Below, piece by piece: positions 1 to 8,943 of a DNA stretch of 64,000 nt; within the stretch, counting starts at the first letter, position 1; each line of letters begins with the position of its first letter. The notes under the pieces were generated by a model, which saw only the letters and a list, made by a program, of their open reading frames with translations, was not told where the DNA came from and did not search any database. Origin of the DNA: an uncultured Candidatus Melainabacteria bacterium. GTDB lineage: Bacteria; Cyanobacteriota; Vampirovibrionia; Gastranaerophilales; Gastranaerophilaceae. The translations under genes and the position numbers were made by a program. The stretch is from contig CAKVIG010000004.1 of assembly GCA_934754515.1 (NCBI GenBank), positions 41,764 to 105,763 on the forward strand, given 5' to 3'.

Positions 1-288
1 TATCGTAATTCAAATTTTTGTGCAAAATTTTATCATTATCCTAATGCTTATAACCACCCTGAAATAGCTAAAGGATTTGAAAAAGCAACAAAAGAGTATC
101 CAAACTATGTTTTATTGCAAGACCAAATTTCTTATTTTGGTGAAGACCAATTCTATTTGCTAGGTAAAAATGTTACAGTTTTTGATACAATGTCTTTGAC
201 AAATAGAAGAAAATATTTGACAAACGAAGATGTTGTTGATAAATTGGTCGGGCTTTTTCATAAAATGTTAGGGAATGAAGTTAAATAA
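1..288 (+). CDS. 3' end of an unidentified protein (open from window edge)
   Basis: Frame 1 is open from nt 1 to TAA at 286-288 (...YLTNEDVVDKLVGLFHKMLGNEVK*). The stop overlaps the next ATG (TAATG). No family recognised. Confidence 0.5.
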   Translation, partial: YRNSNFCAKFYHYPNAYNHPEIAKGFEKATKEYPNYVLLQDQISYFGEDQFYLLGKNVTVFDTMSLTNRRKYLTNEDVVDKLVGLFHKMLGNEVK

Positions 289-713
289 TGGCACGCAAAA
301 AATACCAAAACAAGACTATTCATTTTGTTATAACCTTTTTGCTTATGGCAACAGGGATTTATTATTTTGGTTTGAGTTATGTTCCTAAAAAGCTTTATGA
401 AACCCAAAAGATGAAGCCTAATCAGGTTGAAATGTATTATGAAGATGAGTGGTGTACTCCCGATTTTGGACGCAAAGAAGTTATTCTTTGGGATATGACA
501 AGAGTCGATTGCATGACAAAAGATTATGCAATTGAGTTTGACTTTGCTAAAAAGTGGGCAGAATCAATCGGACAATCACTTTATTATTCTAAACTTACAG
601 GAAAAGCTCCTGCAATAGTTTTAATTTTAACAACTCCAACCGATTATAGATACGTTAAAAGAATTGAAAGACTTGATAACGGGATTAAAGTATTTTTAAT
701 CGAGGCATTTTAA
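288..713 (+). CDS. hypothetical membrane-anchored protein
   Basis: 141-aa ORF with an N-terminal hydrophobic helix (IHFVITFLLMATGIYYFGL). Coupled to the upstream ORF and followed by a terminator hairpin. Confidence 0.6.
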   Translation: MARKKYQNKTIHFVITFLLMATGIYYFGLSYVPKKLYETQKMKPNQVEMYYEDEWCTPDFGRKEVILWDMTRVDCMTKDYAIEFDFAKKWAESIGQSLYYSKLTGKAPAIVLILTTPTDYRYVKRIERLDNGIKVFLIEAF

Positions 714-727
714 AAATTCATAAAAAA

Positions 728-748
728 AGAGCCATCAGGCTCTTTTTT
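728..748. terminator. bidirectional hairpin terminator between convergent genes
   Basis: AGAGCC-atca-GGCTCT stem, flanked by an A-run upstream and a T-run downstream. Confidence 0.6.
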
Positions 749-1136
749 ACTTGATATTTAAACGTTTTAATGCTTCAGCGATGAGTCCTTCATTTTTTAA
801 AAACTTTTCGGTGCTTCTTAATGAATGATAATGCTGGGTAAGATGTGTTTTAGGAGCAAGCCCTAAAAAATATTTAATTTTTTCTAATAGGGTTGGATTG
901 TCCTTTTTTGCTGTAATTGAAAGTCTATACAATGTTTCACCCGGATAATGTATGTTATCTTGTCCGCTTGCCGTAACTTCTCTCATTTCACCATATATCG
1001 TATGGTTTTTAGCTGCGTTTATCATATTTTTGCTGTCTGCGAAAACACTGGAATAGCCATTAACCCATTTGCCTTGAGTTATTACCATTCCTTTAAAGTT
1101 TGGCTGCATAGCTGTGTTAATAGGATTAATATTCAC
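747..1136 (-). CDS. hypothetical protein with MNINPIN...QPNFKG N-terminus
   Basis: 129-aa ORF. Its N-terminal motif is shared with ORFs at 9106 and 62961. No family recognised. Confidence 0.55.
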   Translation of the reverse strand: MNINPINTAMQPNFKGMVITQGKWVNGYSSVFADSKNMINAAKNHTIYGEMREVTASGQDNIHYPGETLYRLSITAKKDNPTLLEKIKYFLGLAPKTHLTQHYHSLRSTEKFLKNEGLIAEALKRLNIK

Positions 1137-1201
1137 GTTATACTCCTTAAAATATTTTATATTTCGACTGAGATTATTTTATCTGAATAGGACAAAAAAG
1201 T

Positions 1202-1229
1202 AAAGCTTCGATTCATTGTTCGAAGCTTT
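1202..1229 (-). terminator. rho-independent terminator after accC
   Basis: 10-bp stem AAAGCTTCGA/TCGAAGCTTT, followed by a T-run on the minus strand. Confidence 0.65.
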
Positions 1230-1235
1230 TACTGA

Positions 1236-2594
1236 TTATTTTTGTTTCTTTTCTTTTCTCTTATAGAAATCTTCTATAAATCCTGTATTGAAGTTTCCGC
1301 TCATAAATACTTCATCTTCAACGATTTCTTGGTGGAAAGGTATTGTTGTTTTAATTCCAGTTACAACATATTCTTTCAAAGCTTGATACATTCTGCGTCT
1401 TGCTTCGTTTCTGTTTTGTCCCCAACAAATCAATTTACCAATCATTGAATCATAATATGGTGGAATTGAATATCCCGGATAAACATGAGAATCAACTCTT
1501 ATACCGAAACCACCAGGGGCAAAATAGCCGTCAATCTTACCCGGACAAGGCATAAAGTCATGTTCAGGATCTTCTGCGTTGATACGGCATTCGATTGCGT
1601 GACCTCTCAAAAGAACATCATCTTGAGTGTAACCTAATTTTTTACCTGATGCTACAAGGATTTGTTCTCTTACGATATCAACTTGTGAAATCATTTCAGT
1701 TACACAGTGTTCAACTTGAACACGTGTATTCATTTCCATAAAATACCATTTTCCGTCATGGTCAAGCAAGAATTCGCAAGTACCTGCGCCTTCGTAACCG
1801 ATAGCTTTCGCAGCACGAACAGCAGCAGCACCCATTTCTTTTCTTGTTTCTTCGTCGATTGCAGGAGAAGGAGCTTCTTCTAACAATTTTTGGTGTCTTC
1901 TTTGAATAGAACAATCTCTTTCACCTAAGTGAATAACATTGCCGAAAGAGTCACCTAAGATTTGAACTTCAATGTGACGAGGGTTTTCCAAATATTTTTC
2001 AGCATAAACTCCAGGGTTGCCGAAGAATTTTTCAGCTTCCATTTGGCAAAGGTTCATGTTTGTTTCCAACTCATCATCGCTTCTTACGATTCTCATACCT
2101 TTACCGCCGCCACCTGCAGTTGCCTTAAGAATGATAGGATAACCTGCTTTGTGAGCAAATTCTCTAGCTTGTTCTACTGAGGTTAAGATACCTGTGCCCG
2201 GAGTAACAGGAACATCATTTTCAATCATTGTCTTACGAGCAGTCGCTTTATCACCCATCTTACGCATAGATTCCGCAGATGGCCCGATAAATTTGATACC
2301 GTGTTCTGTACAAATATCAACAAAATCGGCTCTTTCTGACATAAAACCATATCCCGGGTGGATAGCGTCACAGCCCGTCATTAAGGCTGTTGAAATAATA
2401 GCAGGAATGCTCAAATAACTTTGTGCACTAGGTGCAGGCCCGATACAATATGCATCTGTTGCCAATCTAACGTGTAATGACTTCGCGTCTGCTTGAGAAT
2501 ATACTGCAACCGTCGGAATGCCTAATTCTCTACACGCTCTAATTACTCTAACTGCGATTTCGCCTCTATTTGCTATTAATACTCGTTTAAACAT
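1236..2594 (-). CDS. accC: acetyl-CoA carboxylase biotin carboxylase subunit
   Basis: 452 aa with ATP-grasp biotin carboxylase signatures (MFKRVLIANRGEIAVRVIRAC, GGGGKGMR, EMNTRVQVEH). Lies directly downstream of accB. Confidence 0.97.
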   Translation of the reverse strand: MFKRVLIANRGEIAVRVIRACRELGIPTVAVYSQADAKSLHVRLATDAYCIGPAPSAQSYLSIPAIISTALMTGCDAIHPGYGFMSERADFVDICTEHGIKFIGPSAESMRKMGDKATARKTMIENDVPVTPGTGILTSVEQAREFAHKAGYPIILKATAGGGGKGMRIVRSDDELETNMNLCQMEAEKFFGNPGVYAEKYLENPRHIEVQILGDSFGNVIHLGERDCSIQRRHQKLLEEAPSPAIDEETRKEMGAAAVRAAKAIGYEGAGTCEFLLDHDGKWYFMEMNTRVQVEHCVTEMISQVDIVREQILVASGKKLGYTQDDVLLRGHAIECRINAEDPEHDFMPCPGKIDGYFAPGGFGIRVDSHVYPGYSIPPYYDSMIGKLICWGQNRNEARRRMYQALKEYVVTGIKTTIPFHQEIVEDEVFMSGNFNTGFIEDFYKRKEKKQK

Positions 2595-2606
2595 AACCCT
2601 TCCTTT

Positions 2607-2693
2607 GACGTCGTTAAGGCGTTAAGTCATTAAGGCATTAGGTTCATTTATTATAATGAACTTAAAGTCTTAACGACTTAAAGACCTAAAGAC
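2607..2693. repeat. intergenic inverted repeat with 8-nt periodic arms (GTTAAG flavour)
   Basis: The left arm GTCGTTAAG GCGTTAAG TCATTAAG GCATTAGG TTCAT pairs imperfectly with ATGAAC TTAAAGTC TTAACGAC TTAAAGAC. It fills the accB-accC spacer. Confidence 0.6.
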
Positions 2694-2697
2694 TTTC

Positions 2698-3159
2698 CTA
2701 TTCCACATACATCAAAACTTGACCAAATTCGATTGGGTCACCGTTTTTAACGCAGATTTGAACTACTTTACCTGCTTGTTCAGCTTTGATTTCGTTCATC
2801 AATTTCATTGCTTCAATAATACATACAACATCACCAACGTTAACAGTTGAACCCACTTCTACAAATGGAGCTGCGTCAGGGGAAGACGCTGCGTAGAAAG
2901 TACCTACCATAGGTGAAGTGATTGCTTTGCCTTTAACTTCTTCTTTAGCAGCAGGAGCCGGTGCAGAAGCTGCTTGAGGTGCAGCAGGTGCTGCTTGCGG
3001 AACGGCTGCAACAGCAGGTGCAGAAGCTACCATGTTAACTTCTGGTAAATCTTTTCTGATAGTGATAGCTTGTTCACCATCTTCTAAAGAAATTTCTGTT
3101 AAATCATTGTCAGCAATGATTTTTGCTAATTTTTCTATATAGTCTGATTCAAATTTCAT
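2698..3159 (-). CDS. accB: biotin carboxyl carrier protein
   Basis: 153 aa with an Ala/Pro-rich linker, then a biotinyl domain carrying the EAMKLMNEI motif. Confidence 0.95.
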   Translation of the reverse strand: MKFESDYIEKLAKIIADNDLTEISLEDGEQAITIRKDLPEVNMVASAPAVAAVPQAAPAAPQAASAPAPAAKEEVKGKAITSPMVGTFYAASSPDAAPFVEVGSTVNVGDVVCIIEAMKLMNEIKAEQAGKVVQICVKNGDPIEFGQVLMYVE

Positions 3160-3171
3160 TTTTATCTCCTT

Positions 3172-3300
3172 GAGTTGAAAAGTCGAAAAGTTGAATAGTT
3201 GAATAGTTCAATAAGTTCGCTATCGCTCACGAAATATCTTTATGACCGAAGGGAATTAAATAAACTTTTCAACTCTTCAGCTTTTCAACCTTTCAATCTT
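3172..3300. repeat. intergenic inverted repeat with 8-nt periodic arms (GTTGAAAA flavour)
   Basis: The left arm GTTGAAAA GTCGAAAA GTTGAATA GTTGAATA pairs with the right arm AAACTTTTCAACTCTTCAGCTTTTCAACCTTTCAA. Homologous to the element at 50272-50401. Confidence 0.65.
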
Positions 3301-3301
3301 T

Positions 3302-3859
3302 CTAAACTCTATCCAAGTATTCATTGCTTCTTGTATCAACTCTAATTACATCACCGTTTGATACGAAGAATGGAACGTTTACAACAGCACCTGTTTCAAG
3401 TGTTGCAGGTTTTGTACCGCCTTGAGCAGTGTTACCCTTTTCAGCAGGTGGAGTATCAACAACTTCCAACTCAACGTGAGCAGGAATATCAACACCGATA
3501 ATTCTCTTATCGTGCATCAAAACTTGTACAATCATATTTTCTTTAAGGTATTTTACGCCATCACCAACTTGGTCATCTGTAAGTTGAAGTTGTTCGTAAG
3601 TTTCGTTATCCATCATAACGTAATCTTTACCTTCTTTGTATAAATATTGCATTTCTCTACGGTCAAGCATAGCTTTTGCAACTTTTTCACCGGCTCTGAA
3701 AGTTTTTTCGATAACGTTACCTGATTCAACGTTTTTAAGCTTTGTTCTAACGAAAGCTGCGCCTTTACCGGGTTTAACGTGTAAGAATTCAACAACGTTC
3801 CATAGACCGTTATCTAGTTCAAGTGTCAAGCCATTCTTTAAATCGTTTACTGAAATCAT
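3302..3859 (-). CDS. efp: translation elongation factor P
   Basis: 185 aa with the conserved [16 protein letters not shown] loop. Overall it looks very similar to cyanobacterial EF-P as I remember it. Confidence 0.97.
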   Translation of the reverse strand: MISVNDLKNGLTLELDNGLWNVVEFLHVKPGKGAAFVRTKLKNVESGNVIEKTFRAGEKVAKAMLDRREMQYLYKEGKDYVMMDNETYEQLQLTDDQVGDGVKYLKENMIVQVLMHDKRIIGVDIPAHVELEVVDTPPAEKGNTAQGGTKPATLETGAVVNVPFFVSNGDVIRVDTRSNEYLDRV

Positions 3860-4026
3860 ACGTGCTCCTTAAATATATTACTATTCGTCTTTTTTCTTGA
3901 TACTAACATAAAGGCGTTTTTCTCGCAACCTACTTGCTAAATCTGTAATTCTAAGTAGAAATTATCACTTCTTAAACTCAACGGATTTAAGAATGTAACG
4001 TTTTGTAACGTTTCATTTAAAAAGCC

Positions 4027-4053
4027 TAAAGTTTTTCAAAAATCTGCCGATAT
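4027..4053 (+). promoter_or_regulatory. sigma-28 (FliA) type promoter
   Basis: TAAAGTTT-N11-GCCGATAT matches the enterobacterial consensus TAAAGTTT-N11-GCCGATAA. It ends 36 nt before the ATG at 4090. Confidence 0.7.
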
Positions 4054-4089
4054 ACATGTTACTAAAGGGAAAAAATAAGGAGCAATAGT

Positions 4090-6471
4090 ATGTCAAACGA
4101 TGTATCAAGAGTTTATCAATTTTTAGCAAACTTAGGCGATTGGAAAACAAAGGCTGATAAAAATAGTGATGGAACGATTATTAAATCCGAATTCAGTTCT
4201 TTCATGGAAGAAAATTATGACTGGGACGGCGAAACAACTAATGCAGGCAAAAATGATTTAATCAATTCCTTCTGGAAAGCTATTGATACAAACCAAGGCG
4301 GTAAAATTTCCGGTACAAGATATAAAAACAAAAACGCATTGGATAGCAAAGAAATAAATGCAATGCAAGACCGCATTGATGTTTATGAAAAATTAAATGA
4401 ATATGTTGCAGATATCCAAGCTCCTAACGAAATTTCAGATAAAGCAGGTTGGAAGAAATCAATTTCCGCTTCCTTAGCAAATACAACAGAAACTTTGATT
4501 AAACAAGGTGTTACAGCGGATACTTTAGCAGAAGAATTAGATAAAATTATTGAAAATGTAAAAAACAAAACAACTGCTGATTATTGCGCAAATGAATATC
4601 TTAATACTTCAATGAAAGATGTTGTAAAGCAATACGGTTATGCTTACGCTGATGATGCAACATTGAAAGGTATTATTGATAACTTTGTAAACAATTTGCC
4701 TGAAGATTCTGACAGTGCTTCTATTAAACAAACAGTAGAAGAAATTATTGACGCTTATATGGCAACTGCAACAGGTGACGGCAGTGAAGATATTTCAATC
4801 TTGGAACAATATGGCTACACACCAAGCAATAATACTGCAATGAACGATTTGCAAAAAAGTATTGTAAAAACTAAGTTAACAGAAGCTTTGGCAGATTTGA
4901 AAAATGAAGCTGATTACAAAAATAACAGCGCATTGTATGACACTGCAATTAATGAGTACATTGATTCAATATTAAATGACAAAACTTATGGCGACTATAC
5001 AAATGATACGATTGAATACTCTTTACAAGCATTCAAAGACAGTGAAACAGGTAAAACTTTAACTAAGACTATTGAAGTTAAAAACTTGTTCAATAGTGAT
5101 GAATTCAAAGCGTATCTTACAGACAAATTAAGCTCATCATTTGCTGATAGAGTTTCAGGCTTGATGAAAGGTGAAATTTCAGCTTATGACGATATTCAAG
5201 CTCAAGCATTAGAAAAAGCTAAGAATGGCGATTTTGACACAAACGGTACATTGGATACTCAAAAAGCAATTGATTGGGTTGTAGAACAAATGACTCAAAG
5301 ATTGACAGAATTCTATCCAAATGGTTTGAATGATATGTCACTTACAGATTTGGGCGTGATGTATGACAAATTGGTTGAATCTGCAAAAGCAAATGAAGAT
5401 GCAGCTTCTGTAAAAACGGCAGCACTATCATACTGTAATGCAGTTGCGAAAAAGAGTACATTATTATCTCAAGCAGTTAAAGATATCTTTGGAAATTCTT
5501 ACGCAACAGAAATTAATAAATTAACTACTCCTGAAATTGAATCAAAAATGATAGATTTGAGAGCTAAGGTTGAAGAAATCGGCGATCCAAGTACATTTAA
5601 AGTTGCTGGTTGGGGGTCTTTACCAACTGAAATTTCTATGGCAACAGGTGGTAGCAAGAGTTACAAATTGGAATCAACTGTTACAAATGGCACATCTGCA
5701 ATTGCGGCTGATAGAATAAGTTATGGTTATAATGTAAAAAATGGTAATGCGAAAGTTTCAATTTCGGATGCAGGAGCATTAACAATCTCTGCAGGTAGCA
5801 CAAATGGTACATCTACGATTGAAATATATGCTATGGTTGATAATGCAAAAGTAGAACCTGCTATGACAATTAAAGTAACTTCAAATAAAGCCAACTTTGA
5901 CTGGGGTAGTATGACCGCTAAATACAATGGCTACATTGCAAATGGCAATGGTGGTGAAACTCCAAATTCTGTTAAAACATTGGGTGAATTATACAATAGC
6001 AACGGTGTTATTAATTTGTTACCAAGCGAAGGATTAATGAGAGGTACAAACTGGACAGGTGCCGTTGCAACGGCAAAGGCTAACGTTGGAAGTTTTGTTG
6101 AAATGCTAGCAAGCAATTGTACTGCAACTGGTGAGTATAATGAAAAAGCTTTGAATACTGCAAAACAAAAAGTTATAGCTTTGTATGAAACTGCATTTGA
6201 CCATTCATTAAAAAACTGGGCAGGCAAAAAGAAGACAAGAGATAACTTAGTAGAATTTGATGGCGAAAACTATGGTTATGAAGTAGCAAAATATTGGAGT
6301 AATGCTTCTACCCGAAACACTGCTTATTCAGCAGGTTGTAGCGCAAGCAATAACCAATTAGGTTTAAGAATTAGTGAACAGTATGACGACCATTGGTTCC
6401 AAGTAACAGTGAATGTAAAATGTGTAATGGACTTATTTAATAAATTTTACGAACAAGCATTGACTGCATAA
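4090..6471 (+). CDS. large hypothetical protein, N-terminal EF-hand, C-terminal Ig-like (Big_2-like) region
   Basis: 793 aa with an AAGGAG RBS. Canonical EF-hand loop DKNSDGTIIKSE plus a degenerate second loop DTNQGGKISG. A beta-rich segment (~res 510-600) resembles a bacterial Ig-like domain. No signal peptide. Confidence 0.8.
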   Translation: MSNDVSRVYQFLANLGDWKTKADKNSDGTIIKSEFSSFMEENYDWDGETTNAGKNDLINSFWKAIDTNQGGKISGTRYKNKNALDSKEINAMQDRIDVYEKLNEYVADIQAPNEISDKAGWKKSISASLANTTETLIKQGVTADTLAEELDKIIENVKNKTTADYCANEYLNTSMKDVVKQYGYAYADDATLKGIIDNFVNNLPEDSDSASIKQTVEEIIDAYMATATGDGSEDISILEQYGYTPSNNTAMNDLQKSIVKTKLTEALADLKNEADYKNNSALYDTAINEYIDSILNDKTYGDYTNDTIEYSLQAFKDSETGKTLTKTIEVKNLFNSDEFKAYLTDKLSSSFADRVSGLMKGEISAYDDIQAQALEKAKNGDFDTNGTLDTQKAIDWVVEQMTQRLTEFYPNGLNDMSLTDLGVMYDKLVESAKANEDAASVKTAALSYCNAVAKKSTLLSQAVKDIFGNSYATEINKLTTPEIESKMIDLRAKVEEIGDPSTFKVAGWGSLPTEISMATGGSKSYKLESTVTNGTSAIAADRISYGYNVKNGNAKVSISDAGALTISAGSTNGTSTIEIYAMVDNAKVEPAMTIKVTSNKANFDWGSMTAKYNGYIANGNGGETPNSVKTLGELYNSNGVINLLPSEGLMRGTNWTGAVATAKANVGSFVEMLASNCTATGEYNEKALNTAKQKVIALYETAFDHSLKNWAGKKKTRDNLVEFDGENYGYEVAKYWSNASTRNTAYSAGCSASNNQLGLRISEQYDDHWFQVTVNVKCVMDLFNKFYEQALTA

Positions 6472-6519
6472 AAGCACGTAGGGTGGGAATAGCGTAAGCG
6501 GTTCCCACCTCTACAGTCT

Positions 6520-7365
6520 TTAAACCAATTCTGCTTCAAACACATATTCAGCAGGGCCCGATAAGAAAACATCGCCTTCCGGTTTGTTTGGCGCGCCGTT
6601 CCAAACAACATTCACAACACCACCAGGAAGTTGAACTTCTACGGAGTTTTCAATATATCCGTTCAAGATTCCCGCTACAACGCTAGCGCAAGCACCAGTA
6701 CCGCAAGCCAAAGTGATACCGCATCCTCTTTCCCAAACTGCAAGTTCAATTTTTTTGTAAGATTTAATTTTTACAAACTCCACATTAGTTTTTTCAGGAA
6801 ATTCTGCGCTTGTTTCAATAATCGGGCCGTATTCTTTTGCAAATTCCATAACATCATCTTCAGGTGAAACGAAAATTACAAAATGCGGATTTCCCATTGA
6901 AACAGCATTTCCATCAAAAATCATATTCTTTACAGACATTTTGTAGTTCAAATTGTGATGAGGAATGAAAGGAATTTTATCGGATTCCAAAATCGGTTGT
7001 GACATATTTACTCGAACAAAGCCGTCATCAAGGATTTCAGGTTTAATAATCCCTGCCAAAGTTTTTACGGAAAACATTTTTTTATCTATAAGTTTGTTAT
7101 CATAAACGTATTTTGCAAAACATCTCATGCCGTTACCGCACATTTGAGCAGTTGAGCCGTCAGAATTGTAGAAAAACCAACCAATATCTGCTTCTTCGCA
7201 ACTTGTATTAGGAATAATAAGCCCGTCTGCCCCGACTCCAAAATGTCTGTCGCAAAGCATTTTAGCGGCATCAGTGATTTTCATGTCGAGTTTTAAGAAT
7301 TCGTCAAAGTCAATAATAACGAAATCATTTCCACAGCCTTGCATTTTTGTAACCTTTATTCCCAT
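6520..7365 (-). CDS. dapF: diaminopimelate epimerase
   Basis: 281 aa with both catalytic Cys motifs (CGNGMRC and ACGTGACA). Confidence 0.93.
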   Translation of the reverse strand: MGIKVTKMQGCGNDFVIIDFDEFLKLDMKITDAAKMLCDRHFGVGADGLIIPNTSCEEADIGWFFYNSDGSTAQMCGNGMRCFAKYVYDNKLIDKKMFSVKTLAGIIKPEILDDGFVRVNMSQPILESDKIPFIPHHNLNYKMSVKNMIFDGNAVSMGNPHFVIFVSPEDDVMEFAKEYGPIIETSAEFPEKTNVEFVKIKSYKKIELAVWERGCGITLACGTGACASVVAGILNGYIENSVEVQLPGGVVNVVWNGAPNKPEGDVFLSGPAEYVFEAELV

Positions 7366-7435
7366 CGTTTCTCCATTCGATATTTACTTAATAACTTCAT
7401 ATAGTACAATTAAATTATATAAAGGAATTTGAATT

Positions 7436-8671
7436 ATGGCAATAATAAAAGTACAAAAGGGAACAAAAGATATTCTTCCTGCAGAAATGCCTGTATGGCA
7501 CTTTATGGAAGACGAAGCAAGAAAGATTTTTACGGAATACGGTGCAAAAGAAATCAGAACTCCGATTTTTGAAGCAACCGAACTTTTCGCACGCGGTGTT
7601 GGTGATACAACCGATATCGTAAATAAAGAAATGTACACATTTGAAAAAAGCGAACGCTCATTAACACTTCGTCCCGAAAACACGGCAGGCGTAGTTAGAG
7701 CATTCATTGAAAACGGTATGCACAGACTTTCGGCACCCGTTAAACTTTGGTACAAAGGTCCGATGTTCAGATATGAACGTCCGCAAGCAGGTCGTCAAAG
7801 ACAATTCCATCAAGTTGGTGTTGAAGTTTTCGGAATTAAACAAGCTACTGCTGATGCGGAAGTTATTTTAATGGCGGTTAATTACCTTAAAGCACTTGGT
7901 TTGAACGATTTAAGCGTTGAATTGAATTCTCTCGGCTGTCCCGAATGTCGTGAAACTTTCAAAACAAAGTTAAAAGCTGTAATTAAGCCATATTTGAGCG
8001 AACTTTGTCCTGATTGCCAAGCAAGATATGAAAAAAATCCTCTAAGACTTTTGGATTGCAAAGTTGAAGAATGCAAAGAAATTTATGCGAAACCTGAAAT
8101 TCAGGAAGTTATTCAGTCTGATTTTATTTGTGATGATTGTGCAAACCACTTCAACGAATTGAAAGGCTATTTGGACGCTTTAAATATCAATTATTCAATC
8201 AATAAACTTCTTGTAAGAGGTTTGGATTACTATAACAGAACCGTTTTTGAAATTAAATCAAACAATTTGGGTTCTCAAAACGCTGTTTGCGGTGGTGGAA
8301 GATATGACAGTCTTGTTCGCAACTTGGGCGGAGAAGATACTCCTGCAATCGGTTTTGCAATGGGTATGGAAAGATTAGCGTCACTAATCGGACAAAAAGA
8401 AGCAGAAAGAACAACTGCATTTGTAGTTTCTAATAACACATTGGAAGCAATCAAGTTGACAGAAGAACTTCGCAGACAAAATGTTACGGCAGAATTTGAT
8501 TTGACAAATAAGAAGTTTGTAAAACAATTGGAAAAAGCTTCTAAGGTTTCAAAATATGCTTTAATTTTGGGTGAAGATGAAATTTCCACAAATAAAGTAA
8601 CGGTTAAAAATCTTGATACTTCAGAACAAAAGACTGTTGCTAGAGAAGATTTGTTGAAAGAAATTCTATAA
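7436..8671 (+). CDS. hisS: histidine--tRNA ligase
   Basis: 411 aa with class II aaRS motifs (YKGPMFRYERPQAGRQRQFHQVGVE, GGGRYD). Confidence 0.96.
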   Translation: MAIIKVQKGTKDILPAEMPVWHFMEDEARKIFTEYGAKEIRTPIFEATELFARGVGDTTDIVNKEMYTFEKSERSLTLRPENTAGVVRAFIENGMHRLSAPVKLWYKGPMFRYERPQAGRQRQFHQVGVEVFGIKQATADAEVILMAVNYLKALGLNDLSVELNSLGCPECRETFKTKLKAVIKPYLSELCPDCQARYEKNPLRLLDCKVEECKEIYAKPEIQEVIQSDFICDDCANHFNELKGYLDALNINYSINKLLVRGLDYYNRTVFEIKSNNLGSQNAVCGGGRYDSLVRNLGGEDTPAIGFAMGMERLASLIGQKEAERTTAFVVSNNTLEAIKLTEELRRQNVTAEFDLTNKKFVKQLEKASKVSKYALILGEDEISTNKVTVKNLDTSEQKTVAREDLLKEIL

Positions 8672-8703
8672 TATACAAGTTGAATTATTTTATAAATTAT
8701 TTG

Positions 8704-8736
8704 AGGTCTATCCTTTTGGGACAGACCTTTTTAATA
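8704..8736 (+). terminator. terminator after hisS
   Basis: GGTCTATCC/GGACAGACC stem followed by TTTTT. Confidence 0.55.
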
Positions 8737-8759
8737 TTGCGTTTTTATAAAAATAAGTT

Positions 8760-8890
8760 AATAACACCCTCTCCCGTCCTTCGGACACCCTCCCCATGTA
8801 AAATGGACAAAAGGGGAGGGAGTAACTTGCGTTAATTGAGCGACTTTAGCCCCCTCCCTTGGGGGAGGGGTAGGGGAGAGGGTGTTATTA
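8760..8890. repeat. GC-rich nested palindromic element (AATAACACCCTCTCC termini)
   Basis: The termini AATAACACCCTCTCC...GGAGAGGGTGTTATT enclose internal CCCTCCC/GGGAGGG hairpins. A near copy lies at 22437-22554. Confidence 0.8.
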
Positions 8891-8905
8891 AATTTTTCAA
8901 AAATA

Positions 8906-8938
8906 ATTTTCCACTTTCAATTTTCCACTTTCCATTAA
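8906..8938. repeat. half copy of TTTTCCACTTTC periodic repeat
   Basis: AATTTTCCACTTTCAATTTTCCACTTTCCATT matches the right arms of the elements at 11214-11283 and 36841-36990. Confidence 0.55.
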
Positions 8939-8943
8939 ATAAA

